A stretch of DNA of 64,000 nucleotides. Origin: Bryobacterales bacterium. GTDB lineage: Bacteria > Acidobacteriota > Terriglobia > Bryobacterales > Bryobacteraceae. Where the stretch lies: contig JBBQGC010000016.1 of assembly GCA_038322705.1 (NCBI GenBank), positions 3,955 to 67,954 on the forward strand, written 5' to 3'. Both the position numbers and the translations under genes were made by a program. Positions 28,901 to 39,070 of this stretch are shown piece by piece. The first letter of the stretch is position 1, and each line of letters begins with the position of its first letter. The notes under the pieces were generated by a model. That model was not told the origin of the DNA, did no database searches, and saw only the letters and a program-made list of their open reading frames with translations.

Positions 28901-29335
28901 AGGTGAGATCCTCGATCTGCTTGGTTTCCACAACGCGTCCGACCTGCGCACTATCCGTTTGAAGCGGAGCCGCGGTGGCAACGATGTCGACGGATTCGGC
29001 GAGCGAGCCGACCACGAGTTCGATATTGACGGTCGCTGTGGAAGCGGCGTCGAGCTTCACGTTGGCTTCGGAGAATTTCTTGAAGCCCGGCGACTCGACC
29101 TCGACAGTGTAGATGCCAGTCACCAGATTCGGCGCCTGGTAAAAACCGCGCTCGTTCGTCTTGCTTTGAAAGGTTGCGCCGCTTGCTTCGTTTCTAATCT
29201 TCACGCAGCACCGACCACGGCTGCACTGCTCGGATCTTTTACGAACCCTGAAATCTGGCCTTGGTCCAGTTGGGCCAGCAAACAGCCGGCCAGCAGAAGC
29301 GTACCCAGAATGCTGAAACTGATCGATCGTTTCAT
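25939..29335 (-). pseudogene. TonB-dependent receptor (CarboxypepD_reg type) broken by two 1-nt deletions (or assembly indels)
   Basis: ATG 29335 reads MKRSISFSILGTLLLAGCLLAQLDQGQISGFVKDPSSAAVVGAA-stop. The next frame continues VKIRNEASGATFQSKTNERGFY... to 27936. A third frame continues SLTTVVSPTLINEAAF...YGINYPYLFPGTKDL... to 25939, ending ...LALRLDF. Confidence 0.8.
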
Positions 29336-29346
29336 AAGCGCTAACC

Positions 29347-30927
29347 TCACTGAATCGCGTTCGTGTTATCGGGACCGAACCGGCGGTGATCGGTGTTAAC
29401 CACGCCCGCGGTTCTGCCGGGCCAGAAAATCTGCTTTGCGCCCCAGCCGGCCAGACAAACGAGAATTCCTCCGATGATACCTGAAATGGCGGCCTTGCGT
29501 ATCCACGGACCGTACGCAGTCCCGGGCTCCACGGAGACCTTCGCGCCGGGGCGCATACATCCGAAAAACAGCAGAATTGTGCAAGCCACGGCATTCATCG
29601 TCATGAACCATTCCGTGACAAGCCGGATGGGGGTGAAGCGCGGAAGCACGTGGACGAAGTTGATGGTGACGATCGACCACAAGAAGACGAGATAGAAGAG
29701 TTGTCCTTTACCCAGCCAGCTTTCGGTGATAAAAGCCAATGGGCGGCGGAGGTGCAGGATCAGCAATAGGATCATCGCGAAGGCAATCGCGAGATAGACG
29801 AACTCGAACCAGCCGAGAAATCCGCGAGTGGGTAGGAAGTCTGCAGCGATGTGGATGCCGTATAACTGGGGCGTGAGATCCTTGACTTCCTTGACCCACT
29901 CACCGGGGCTTCGGCGAAAGTTCAGGTAGGTGAGAACGCACAGGACGAAGGTGACGCTGAAGACTTCGGTCCAACGGCGCAAAGGCGGCGCATCGTGAAC
30001 TGGCGGCGCTCTGTGGATGAGAAGGCCGATGCCGATTGCGAGGGCGATGCCGAGAAAAAAGCCCTGGGTCTGTTCCATGACGCTATGCCAGTTCGTGTCG
30101 AATCCGGTGGCCATCACCATGATCTTGACCGCGGTGCCAAGCGCAAATCCGATGCCGCCTAGCAGTCCCAGCGCCACGGTCGCAAATCCGATTCCGCCGA
30201 GGCCGTTACGCCAGCAGCACGCGAGAATGCCGAAGATCATGCCCAGGTATCCGGCCCAGCTATCGCCGCGTGGAGGATTCAGTTCCAGATGCAGCAATTC
30301 GATGAGCAGTAGATGTCCTACGCACCAGCCGGCGGACATGTAGAGGATCATCGACGCGCCGATGCCCCAATAGCGGCGGCGGACAGCAATTACAACGAGC
30401 ACAGCTACCCCGGCGAGGATCGCGCTCATCGCCTGGCCCGCGAGGAACGGAAACCACGCGGCATTGATTCCGCGATACCAGCTTCTGAGCGCGTCCTGCA
30501 GATACCAGGCACCGAAAACTGCGCAGAGCGGGAGGAATAATTTCGTCAGTTCATCGCGGCTTAAGTAGATGGGCAGCGCGACGCCTGTGCCGCCGGGTGC
30601 CGCCCAGATGAAGCCGATCAGAACGAGGGTCGCGAAACCGTAGAGGACGGTTGCCGGGTCGGACGAATGGGTTAGCGCGACATTCTTCATGTACGACATG
30701 CCGCCGCCGAACGCCAGCCCGATTGCGCCGAAGAAGGCGAAGTAATGGACGCGGCGCATCCAGTCGGGCCGTCCGCTGAGCATCGCGACGACCATGCCGC
30801 CCAACGCCCCCGCGAGCGCCGCTCCGTACTCGTGACCGAATTGGCCGCGAATCCCCCAACCGATGGAAACAGATAACCCCGTGAGCAGAACGAGCTGCCA
30901 CGGCAACCGTCGAATGCCGTTGAACAT
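29347..30927 (-). CDS. Uncharacterised polytopic membrane protein (~526 aa, about 14 predicted TM segments)
   Basis: MFNGIRRLPWQLVLLTGLSVSIGWGIRGQFGHEYGAALAG... is hydrophobic throughout. It ends 11 nt before the receptor start on the same strand. No family recognised. Confidence 0.65.
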   Translation of the reverse strand: MFNGIRRLPWQLVLLTGLSVSIGWGIRGQFGHEYGAALAGALGGMVVAMLSGRPDWMRRVHYFAFFGAIGLAFGGGMSYMKNVALTHSSDPATVLYGFATLVLIGFIWAAPGGTGVALPIYLSRDELTKLFLPLCAVFGAWYLQDALRSWYRGINAAWFPFLAGQAMSAILAGVAVLVVIAVRRRYWGIGASMILYMSAGWCVGHLLLIELLHLELNPPRGDSWAGYLGMIFGILACCWRNGLGGIGFATVALGLLGGIGFALGTAVKIMVMATGFDTNWHSVMEQTQGFFLGIALAIGIGLLIHRAPPVHDAPPLRRWTEVFSVTFVLCVLTYLNFRRSPGEWVKEVKDLTPQLYGIHIAADFLPTRGFLGWFEFVYLAIAFAMILLLILHLRRPLAFITESWLGKGQLFYLVFLWSIVTINFVHVLPRFTPIRLVTEWFMTMNAVACTILLFFGCMRPGAKVSVEPGTAYGPWIRKAAISGIIGGILVCLAGWGAKQIFWPGRTAGVVNTDHRRFGPDNTNAIQ

Positions 30928-31004
30928 GTGCGATCTGTCAGGATACCGCGCTCTTCCGGTGTGGATCAGGGCGCGCGCCAAGTGGGCGGAAGGGGACCGA
31001 CAAC

Positions 31005-31693
31005 CTATCGATCAGGAGGAGCTTTTTGTCCTTGCACTACAACCGCTTTGGCTCGCAAACCGGCAATCAGCGAGAGGACAGCAAAGGCGCTGATCCCGAA
31101 AGTGGCCGGTTCTGGAACCGTGGTTCCGAGAACGCTCAATTCATTTGCGAGGTTCAGTTGCGTAGGTCCCCATCCGCTGTTCCGGCCCGTATTGGTTCCC
31201 GCGATGGGTAACTGTATACCCGGATAACCGGAGGATGCCAATCTTCATCCGATGCCAGTGTGAACCGGATCCGCCGGGACCTCCGATAGCCAGTATTGCT
31301 GTCCAGCCTGCAATAGTGCATGGCTAATTGAGTTTACGGTCACAGTAGTCAAGGTTGTAGTGAGTGGACTCGGCACGCCAGGGGAATTGCCGCTATCCGT
31401 AAGGAGAGTTAATAACATTGGCGACCTTCCGGTGACCCCGGCGGGCGGAAAGTCCTCGTATTGTACGACCACGCTAACCTGGTAGAGCATGGCGCTGACC
31501 GGCGCCGTAAAAGCGTTTGCCTCCACCACCCCACCGCCCGCTCCGAAAACGAGAGCGGCGCCGGTGAGGACCGGAGGTTGCAGAAACAAATTACCCGAGG
31601 GAATTGTGTTCTCGAGTGTAATTACTCCAGCCGGTAGGGCGCAGGCGTGACAACAATTAAAACCAGCGCTCTCACACTTTTGGTGAACATCAT
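31005..31693 (-). pseudogene. PEP-CTERM sorting-signal protein carrying a frameshift after the signal peptide and an in-frame TGA
   Basis: GAGGAGG precedes ATGATG at 31693/31690, reading MMFTKSVRALVLIVV... in one frame. The body (ACALPAGVITLENT...) is in the adjacent frame. TGA at 31245-31247 is in frame with the tail ...VPEPATFGISAFAVLSLIAGLRAK. Confidence 0.7.
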
Positions 31694-31832
31694 GAGCCTC
31701 CTCGTGCACCCATTCGCGTCCAGAGAACGTTCCACTGTAGCATTGACTCAAGATGAAACCGCGGCATCCATTGGACACAAATGTGGCCAACGCGATGGTC
31801 GCGAACTAATGGAGGGCCTGCGGAAAACGTCC

Positions 31833-32525
31833 TCACGATTTGGCGAGTTCGATTCCGGCCGCGATTCCGTGTAGGGCCGTTGCGGGGTTGGCGGCGCGCG
31901 TTACTTCGCGTCCGATCACGACATAATTAGCGCCATTCGCAATGGCTTCGGCCGGCGTCGCGACGCGCTTCTGATCGCCCGCGGACGCCCCTGCGCTGCG
32001 CACGCCGGGAGTGACGAGAATCATTTTCGAGCCGGCTGTGGTGCGCACCCCGCGAACTTCGAGCGGACTGCAAACTATCCCATCCATGCCGCACTCGATC
32101 GCATTTCGAACGCGCAGAGCTACGAGTTCCTCGACTGCACAGGGATACCCGAGCTCGCGCAGATCGTCAGCGTCGAAGCTGGTGAGCACGGTGACGGCCA
32201 GCAGCTTCAGCTTCGATGCGCCGCGCCCTTCGAGAGCCGCACGCATCACGGCGTTGCTGCCATGGACCGTGAGGAACTCGACCCCGCTTGCCGCCACCTG
32301 CGCCACCGCGCGCCGGACCTGCTCGCCGATGTCGTAGAACTTCATATCGAGGAATACGCGTTTGCCTGTGCCGATCAGCTCGCGAACATATTCCATACCG
32401 GAGGCCGCGTACAGCTCCATACCGACCTTGTAGAAATCGGCAGCATCGCCGAGCGCGTGGACGAGGGCGCGCGCCAGGCCGGCTCCTTCGAAATCAAGAG
32501 CGATGATTACGGGCGGTCTGGTCAT
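31833..32525 (-). CDS. pyrF: Orotidine 5'-phosphate decarboxylase
   Basis: IIALDF and FLDMKFYDIGEQV motifs, 230 aa. The ATG overlaps the selD stop (ATGA). Confidence 0.92.
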   Translation of the reverse strand: MTRPPVIIALDFEGAGLARALVHALGDAADFYKVGMELYAASGMEYVRELIGTGKRVFLDMKFYDIGEQVRRAVAQVAASGVEFLTVHGSNAVMRAALEGRGASKLKLLAVTVLTSFDADDLRELGYPCAVEELVALRVRNAIECGMDGIVCSPLEVRGVRTTAGSKMILVTPGVRSAGASAGDQKRVATPAEAIANGANYVVIGREVTRAANPATALHGIAAGIELAKS

Positions 32526-33526
32526 AGTATGCGAATGGGTTTACCGGCGATGGCTGTTACTCGGCCTATTCGATACGCGGCGGAATACGATTGCTCGAGG
32601 CGCGCGGCATCAGCTTCGGGAAGGCTGATCAACAGCCCGCCCGATGTCTGGGGATCGTACAGCAGATCGTCACAAGTTCCCTCGACATCACACGACGCGA
32701 ACTCGCGATTGTTCTTGAGGCCCGCGGGAACTGCACCCGCGCGGGCGTACTCCACGGCACCGGGAAGAAAGCGTACGCGCGTGGCATCGATTTCGAGCGT
32801 GACATTGCTGGCGCGCGCCATCTCGCGAGCATGCCCGATCAAGCCGAAGCCGGTGACGTCGGTGCAGCCGTGCACTTCGCCCGCGAGCATCGCCTCGCCC
32901 GCGCCGCGGTTCAACAGCAGCATGGAATCGATAGCGGCCTGAACGTGAGCCGGATCGGCGATGCCGCGCTTGAGCGCAGTCGCGATAACGCCGGTGCCGA
33001 GCGGCTTGGTGAGCACGAGCGCGTCGCCCGGCTGCGCTCCAGCATTGGCTTTGATCCGGTCCGGATGAATCAGGCCGGTCACCGAGTAGCCGAACTTCAC
33101 CTCGGCATCGTTGACGCTATGTCCGCCCACGACAGCGCATCCGGCTTCGCGCATCTTCTCAGTGCCGCCCGCGAGAATCTCCGAGAGGTCGTCAAGATCG
33201 CCGTTCACGGGATAGCACAGCACGGACAGAGCGGTGAGCGGCCGTCCTCCCATCGCGTAGACGTCGCTCAAGGCATTGGCTGCTGCGATCGCGCCGAACG
33301 TCGCCGGGTCGTCGACAATGGGCGTGAAGAAGTCGATCGTTTGCACGAGCGCGCAATCGGGCGCGATTCGATACACTCCGGCGTCGTCGGCGGTATCGAA
33401 GCCGATCAGGAGATTCTCGTCGATCACGCGCGGGATGCGCGCCAGCACCTGGTCCAAAACCTTTGGACTGAGCTTGGACGCTCAACCCGCGGCTTTGACG
33501 TGCGCCGTCAGTTTCCGGGTGGACAC
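32522..33526 (-). CDS. selD: Selenide, water dikinase (selenophosphate synthetase), selenocysteine-containing form with in-frame UGA at 33482-33484
   Basis: The track ORF (32522..33457) lacks the catalytic N-terminal loop. The same frame upstream reads GTG-STRKLTAHVKAAG-TGA-ASKLSPKVLDQVL, matching the SelD ...LTxxxxxAG(C/U)GxK(I/L)SPKVL loop. The body has DDAGVY, FFTPIVDDP and SDVYAMGG. Confidence 0.8.
33446..33473 (-). promoter_or_regulatory. SECIS-like stem-loop immediately 3' of the selD UGA
   Basis: On the minus strand, the stem GUCCAAA-GGU-UUUGGAC begins 13 nt after the UGA (core 33452-33468), with imperfect lower-stem pairing. The apical AGGUU loop resembles the E. coli fdhF SECIS loop. 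Confidence 0.6.
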
Positions 33527-35427
33527 TAGAGTCTATTATTAGTCCACCAGCCCTCGACACGTTCGCGATACCGCGAGTACACGTAGGAACTGAGCACCAG
33601 CAGCGCGCCCAGGGCCACGAAGGCGATGGTTCGATAGAGACGCCCGAGCAGCCACACGTCGTAGAGATAGAGCTTCAGAATGACGATGCCGATCAGTGCG
33701 AGCCCGAGGAAGCGGTTGATCGTGGTGGCCGTGAGTACGCCTGCGCCAATGACAATGACGGCATAGGCCGCGAGCATGATCGAGATTGCGGCGGTGGTGA
33801 CGCTGACCACGTTTTGCGGGTCGGCGTGCTGAAGCGCCCACCTCTCGATTTCCAGGCCGAGTCCCCACAGCATGAGTGCGTGGCCGATGATGTAGACCGC
33901 AGCCGCTAGCCTGCCCGGCTGCATCCATTTCGCTGTGAGCCAGAACGCGATGGCGGAGGCCGTGAATGTGATCAGACGCGAGTCGGACGATTCACGATCG
34001 AATACGGCGAGGTGCATTAGTATCAGCGCAAGAATCGCGAGCGCCAGCCAGATTGCGCGAGCGTCCTTCCAACGTGAGGCGATCCATGCCAAGGCCGCGG
34101 CCTCGGTGGCCCACGCGATGGTGATCGCATACCCAGCAAGTTGGACCGGGATGGCCAGGGTGACGAACACGGCCGCGAGGCCCGTGGATAGAAGCGCCAT
34201 CTGGGGTGCCACGGTTAACAGGTGCCGGGCCGTGATCAGGTGTGCAGCAGCGAGACTCACGGCCAGCAGTCCCATAAAGGCGTGATGATGCGGGTTGAGG
34301 AGCAAGTATGCCGCGCCGAAGTAAATCGGACCGTTGGCGGCGACCACGGACACGGAGCCCGGTCGGATATTGACCAGCGCGAAGAAGAGCACGAATACGA
34401 GAGTGATCGCGACGAATACGGGGCCGTCGGGGCGAGCGGTCGCGTTCAGGGTCCACAATGCGTAACCCAGCCAGAAGCCGCCGAGCGCCCAGATGGGCCG
34501 GGTCACGACGCCCGCGGCGGCCAACACAAAGGAACAGAGTAGGAAGCCTGAGGGATTCTTCGTCCACAGAAACGCGAGCGCTATGGACGCGAGAAGTTGT
34601 GCGGCAATTCGAACCCCCGGCAGTTGGGCAACGCTGAACAGAGCGTAGGCGGCGGCGATGAATAGCGTTCCGAGCAATGATTCGTGCCGGTAGTTAGCAG
34701 TGGTGTACAGCAGTGCCGTAGCCACAATTGCGAAAATCTCGAGCGGTCGCCACCCGCGCGCACGAGCGAGCATCACGGCCGCGACATCCAGCAGGAGCGT
34801 GTAACCGTAGAGCACCCAGAGGGCGGGCGCGACGAGCACGGGCGTGAGATAGCCGCCGAAGAATCCGAGCGCGGCGACCGGCATCGCATCATACTGGATG
34901 GCCAACGCAGCGCCGAGGGCGGTGACGAAGGCCAGCGCCGCGAAGCCGATGATATCGGGGATCAAATGGTAGAACTGAGACGCGGCGTAGAACGACAGAT
35001 AGAGCAGCGCGATGCCGAGACCGGAGATGCCTTGCGCAAACAGACGTTGATTGCGCCGGTGCAGGAAGTCGCCGGCCCCGAGCGCAGCTAAGCCCGCGGT
35101 GATACCCAGGATGACGCGCGCAACCGGCCCGATCCATTCGTTCTCGACCGCGTACTTGAAAAAGAATCCCGCGCCGAATAGCAGCGTGATAACGCCGATC
35201 CGGTTGATCCAGGTCAGGCCCAGGCGGGTTTCGAGTCCCGGAGAGCGTTCGGCACGGTCGGGCTGCGGTTGCTGGCTGAATCGGGGCGCTTCGACGGGCG
35301 TAGGTTTCGCGATCGCTGGGTTTTCAGCAGACACAGGGTCGGCGGCCATTCCGAGCCGGCGCTCGATGGCTTCGACTCGCTCGCGGAGAGCGCGCAATTC
35401 ATCGCGCAGATCGCCGGTATCGTTCAC
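33526..35427 (-). CDS. DUF2339-family polytopic membrane protein
   Basis: N-terminal coiled segment LRDELRALRERVEAIERRLG. Then GLETRLGLTWINRIGVITLLFGAGFFFKYAVENEWIGP and about 17 further TM segments. The stop TAG overlaps the selD GTG. Confidence 0.8.
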   Translation of the reverse strand: MNDTGDLRDELRALRERVEAIERRLGMAADPVSAENPAIAKPTPVEAPRFSQQPQPDRAERSPGLETRLGLTWINRIGVITLLFGAGFFFKYAVENEWIGPVARVILGITAGLAALGAGDFLHRRNQRLFAQGISGLGIALLYLSFYAASQFYHLIPDIIGFAALAFVTALGAALAIQYDAMPVAALGFFGGYLTPVLVAPALWVLYGYTLLLDVAAVMLARARGWRPLEIFAIVATALLYTTANYRHESLLGTLFIAAAYALFSVAQLPGVRIAAQLLASIALAFLWTKNPSGFLLCSFVLAAAGVVTRPIWALGGFWLGYALWTLNATARPDGPVFVAITLVFVLFFALVNIRPGSVSVVAANGPIYFGAAYLLLNPHHHAFMGLLAVSLAAAHLITARHLLTVAPQMALLSTGLAAVFVTLAIPVQLAGYAITIAWATEAAALAWIASRWKDARAIWLALAILALILMHLAVFDRESSDSRLITFTASAIAFWLTAKWMQPGRLAAAVYIIGHALMLWGLGLEIERWALQHADPQNVVSVTTAAISIMLAAYAVIVIGAGVLTATTINRFLGLALIGIVILKLYLYDVWLLGRLYRTIAFVALGALLVLSSYVYSRYRERVEGWWTNNRL

Positions 35428-35518
35428 GCTCCCGATGATAACGCCAGTCGTGTATTGGACCAGCCATTCCAGAGTATTGGCAGTTTGTTCGCGGGCTTTG
35501 TATTAGGGACAATGAAGC

Positions 35519-35637
35519 ATGGTCACGGCGCGGTTTGTTTACGAATTCGACTCGGATACGGCAAAGGGTGCGTTCTTTTGACTTCAGCCCGGCGGCCGTC
35601 AAGAGCGGAAATCCGGGCCTACGAGGAACAGCGATGA
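35519..35637 (+). pseudogene. Degenerate BrnT (DUF497)-like toxin remnant
   Basis: One frame reads MVTARFVYEFDSDTAKGAFF-stop (compare the family N-terminus f.WD..KA..N). The adjacent frame ends CVLLTSARRPSRAEIRAYEEQR-stop (compare iRIISARkAt..E...Y). Only ~40 of ~90 expected codons remain. The stop overlaps the antitoxin ATG (ATGA). Confidence 0.4.
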
Positions 35638-35834
35638 AACCTGAGTATGATTTCACGAATGGTGAGCGGGGCAAGTTTTTTCGGCCAAACGCCGAGTTCC
35701 GCCTGCCCATTTATCTAGACGCCGACGTGCAGCGTTACCTGGCGGAGCAGGCAGCCCGAAAGGGAATCCCGCTCAATGAAATGATCAATGAACTACTGAG
35801 GCACGATATCGAGATCATCGAATCGGTGAGGTAG
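35634..35834 (+). CDS. BrnA-like antitoxin (66 aa)
   Basis: MKPEYDFTNGERGKFFRP... N-terminus and C-terminal ribbon-helix-helix-like AARKGIPLNEMINELLRHDIE. The track ORF start at 35535 is an upstream extension. Confidence 0.65.
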   Translation: MKPEYDFTNGERGKFFRPNAEFRLPIYLDADVQRYLAEQAARKGIPLNEMINELLRHDIEIIESVR

Positions 35835-35855
35835 CCGGGCGAAAGGTTGCCCTGC

Positions 35856-37094
<1,239 letters not shown>

Positions 37095-37134
37095 CCAACC
37101 TCCTGAATACTTTATTGTAACAGGCAGGCCGCTG

Positions 37135-38401
37135 TTAACTGCCCTGGCGCGAACCGAACGTGAAGATCAGTGCATCCGCAAATGATCCGCGCCAATTCAG
37201 ATCGCTATGATCCCCATTGAATTCCGAGTAGGCCATCTTGCAATTCCTGGCCCGCAGTACGTCCCGCATCCGCCGGTTCGAAGCGAGCATTGACGGCCTT
37301 CCTCCAGGTGTTCCAGTTTCCATAAGGCCAACCTCTAGAAAGTATCTCGTTTGGGCCGGTGCGGCGCGGGCGTACTGATCGATTAGCCATTGCCAATCCG
37401 CGCTGGCCTGCGGCTTCCACCAGAACGAGCCGGACTGCGAGATCACTCCTCCAAACACATCGGGATATTCAAGAGCGGCGAACGCTGCAGCAAGGCCCCC
37501 ATAGCTTGCGCCACCCACAGTGACGGGCTCGTCAGCAATCGGGTATTGTGCGCGCACCTCTGGGATCAACTCGGTCACCAGCATCTTTACGAACGCCGGA
37601 TTACACGTCAACTCCGATGTGCGGCGCCCTTGCGCATGGTTCAGCATGACCGCCAGCACCGGCCGGATCCTGCCCTCGTGAATCAAGTTATCGAGGGTTT
37701 CGGGCGCGCGCAGTTCCCGTGCATAGGATTCCCCATCGAACAGAATGAGTAACGGCAATCGCGCGTTCAAGCCCGCCGGCGTGTAGACCTTATAGGTTGT
37801 CTCATTGCCTAGCAGCTTGCTGTGAAACGGACGTTGTTCAACCGTGCCTTTTGGAACCGGCCGGCTGCTGCGATCAAGCCAAGTCTGGGGTGGAGCGCCG
37901 GGCAGGCTCAACTCCGACATCGGAACCGGGGCGTACTTTGCTGTATGTGGGTTTAGTGGATCGGCGATGACGGTCTTGAACCGACCCGCAAACTCGGCGG
38001 GTGGGACCGATTCCATCGGCCTCAGGTCATCGTTCGGTGAAAGGGAATAACGGAACCGGGCATCGTTCCTGTACCGGTAGGTGCGATACCACACGCGGGT
38101 CCCGGGCAGAAGCGTCATTTGGTTATCGGCAGGTGGGCCTTGCGCTCCGTCTCCAAGCACAACGACTGTCTTCGTCTCCGCGTCGCCCTGCCAGAGAAAG
38201 GTGACCAGCGATGAGTTCTTCTCCGCCGCAGATTCAATCAGAGGAGCGCCTGACCTTCGGGACATCCGACCAGAAGCGGGCCTCAGCCGCCGGATCCGCC
38301 TTCACGTGTTTAGCAAGCTCTCTTAAGCGCAGGCTCGCGGGCGGTTGGGCCAACCCCGATGCCATGCTGAACAGCAGGATTGCGAGGGAAATTTCCTTCA
38401 T
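37135..38401 (-). pseudogene. Enterochelin-esterase-like alpha/beta hydrolase whose signal peptide is out of frame with the body (1-nt insertion or assembly indel)
   Basis: ATG 38401 reads MKEISLAILLFSMASGLAQPPASL...EARFWSDVPKVRRSSD-stop. The body ORF (37135..38265) begins ...GAPLIESAAEKNSSLVTFLWQGD. Removing one base gives FWSDVPKVGAPLIE. The body has GGASYGG and esterase-type segments. Confidence 0.7.
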
Positions 38402-38432
38402 TTTAATAATTCAGACACCACGTTCATCTCCT

Positions 38433-38886
38433 ATGTTCCTGCGACGGGTATCGAAAAAAGCCGCCGAGGTCGCAGGCGGCCGTTTGCTTGTGTTCAATTC
38501 CGGGCATCCATATGAGAAATCATTGCACCCGCTGGCTACCTGGCTGTGTGGCGCAACGAATACGCGGGTCCATTATGCGTGGCGCAAGCTGACCGCGTAC
38601 TGCACTACCGACGAGTTCATTATCCGCGGCGATCGCTTTTCTGTTTGTCTGCCCTGGCGCCGTTCCTGATACTCTCTCCCGCTATGGCCGCGGCCGCACT
38701 GGCGTTTTCGCGACTCGGGCCGCTGCTTGCGGGAGCCTTGTTGCTGCATACGGGCGCATGTAGCGGCGACTTCGGTATGGTCGCGTCTGCGCTGCGCCAG
38801 GACTTCCGCTCGCTTGGTTCTACGATCACGATGCGGAGGGCAAGAGCTACTGCTACGGGCTGGCACGGAAGAAATGCAACATTTTA
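38433..38886 (+). pseudogene. Hypothetical membrane protein whose reading frame appears broken twice
   Basis: Three consecutive frames each carry protein-like sequence: ...HYAWRKLTAYCTTDEF..., then SLFCLSALAPFLILSPAMAAAALAFSRLGPLLAGALLLHTGACSGDFGMVASALRQ, then WFYDHDAEGKSYCYGLARKKCNIL-stop. Start is uncertain (ATG 38433, TTG 38484 or GTG 38490). Confidence 0.3.
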
Positions 38887-39070
38887 TGAATCGGCTGAGC
38901 TATTCGAGCGGGCACTTCCGCGTTCCCTAATGTAGGCGATTGCAGTGGTGGACCCGGCCGAGGAGGGGTTCTCCACAGCGGCGTACCAACCGGTTCCCCC
39001 GCTAGCATCGCCGGGCCGCACATGGACTCATCCCCCTGTGTTTTGGTCGCGTTAGGCTGACAATCTCCAC

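Noticed and set aside
31245-31247. In-frame TGA of the PEP-CTERM gene as a second selenocysteine codon.
   Set aside because: There is no Cys/Sec-type redox motif around it. Only a 4-bp CCGG hairpin lies downstream, rather than a SECIS-like stem with a GGU loop. The same gene also carries a frameshift.
38573-38866. Minus-strand ORFs 38573..38866 and 38620..38829, considered as the gene terminated by the minus-oriented hairpin at 38454-38480.
   Set aside because: Their translations are Arg/Ser/Gln-rich and not protein-like. The plus-strand frames carry convincing TM-helix sequence.
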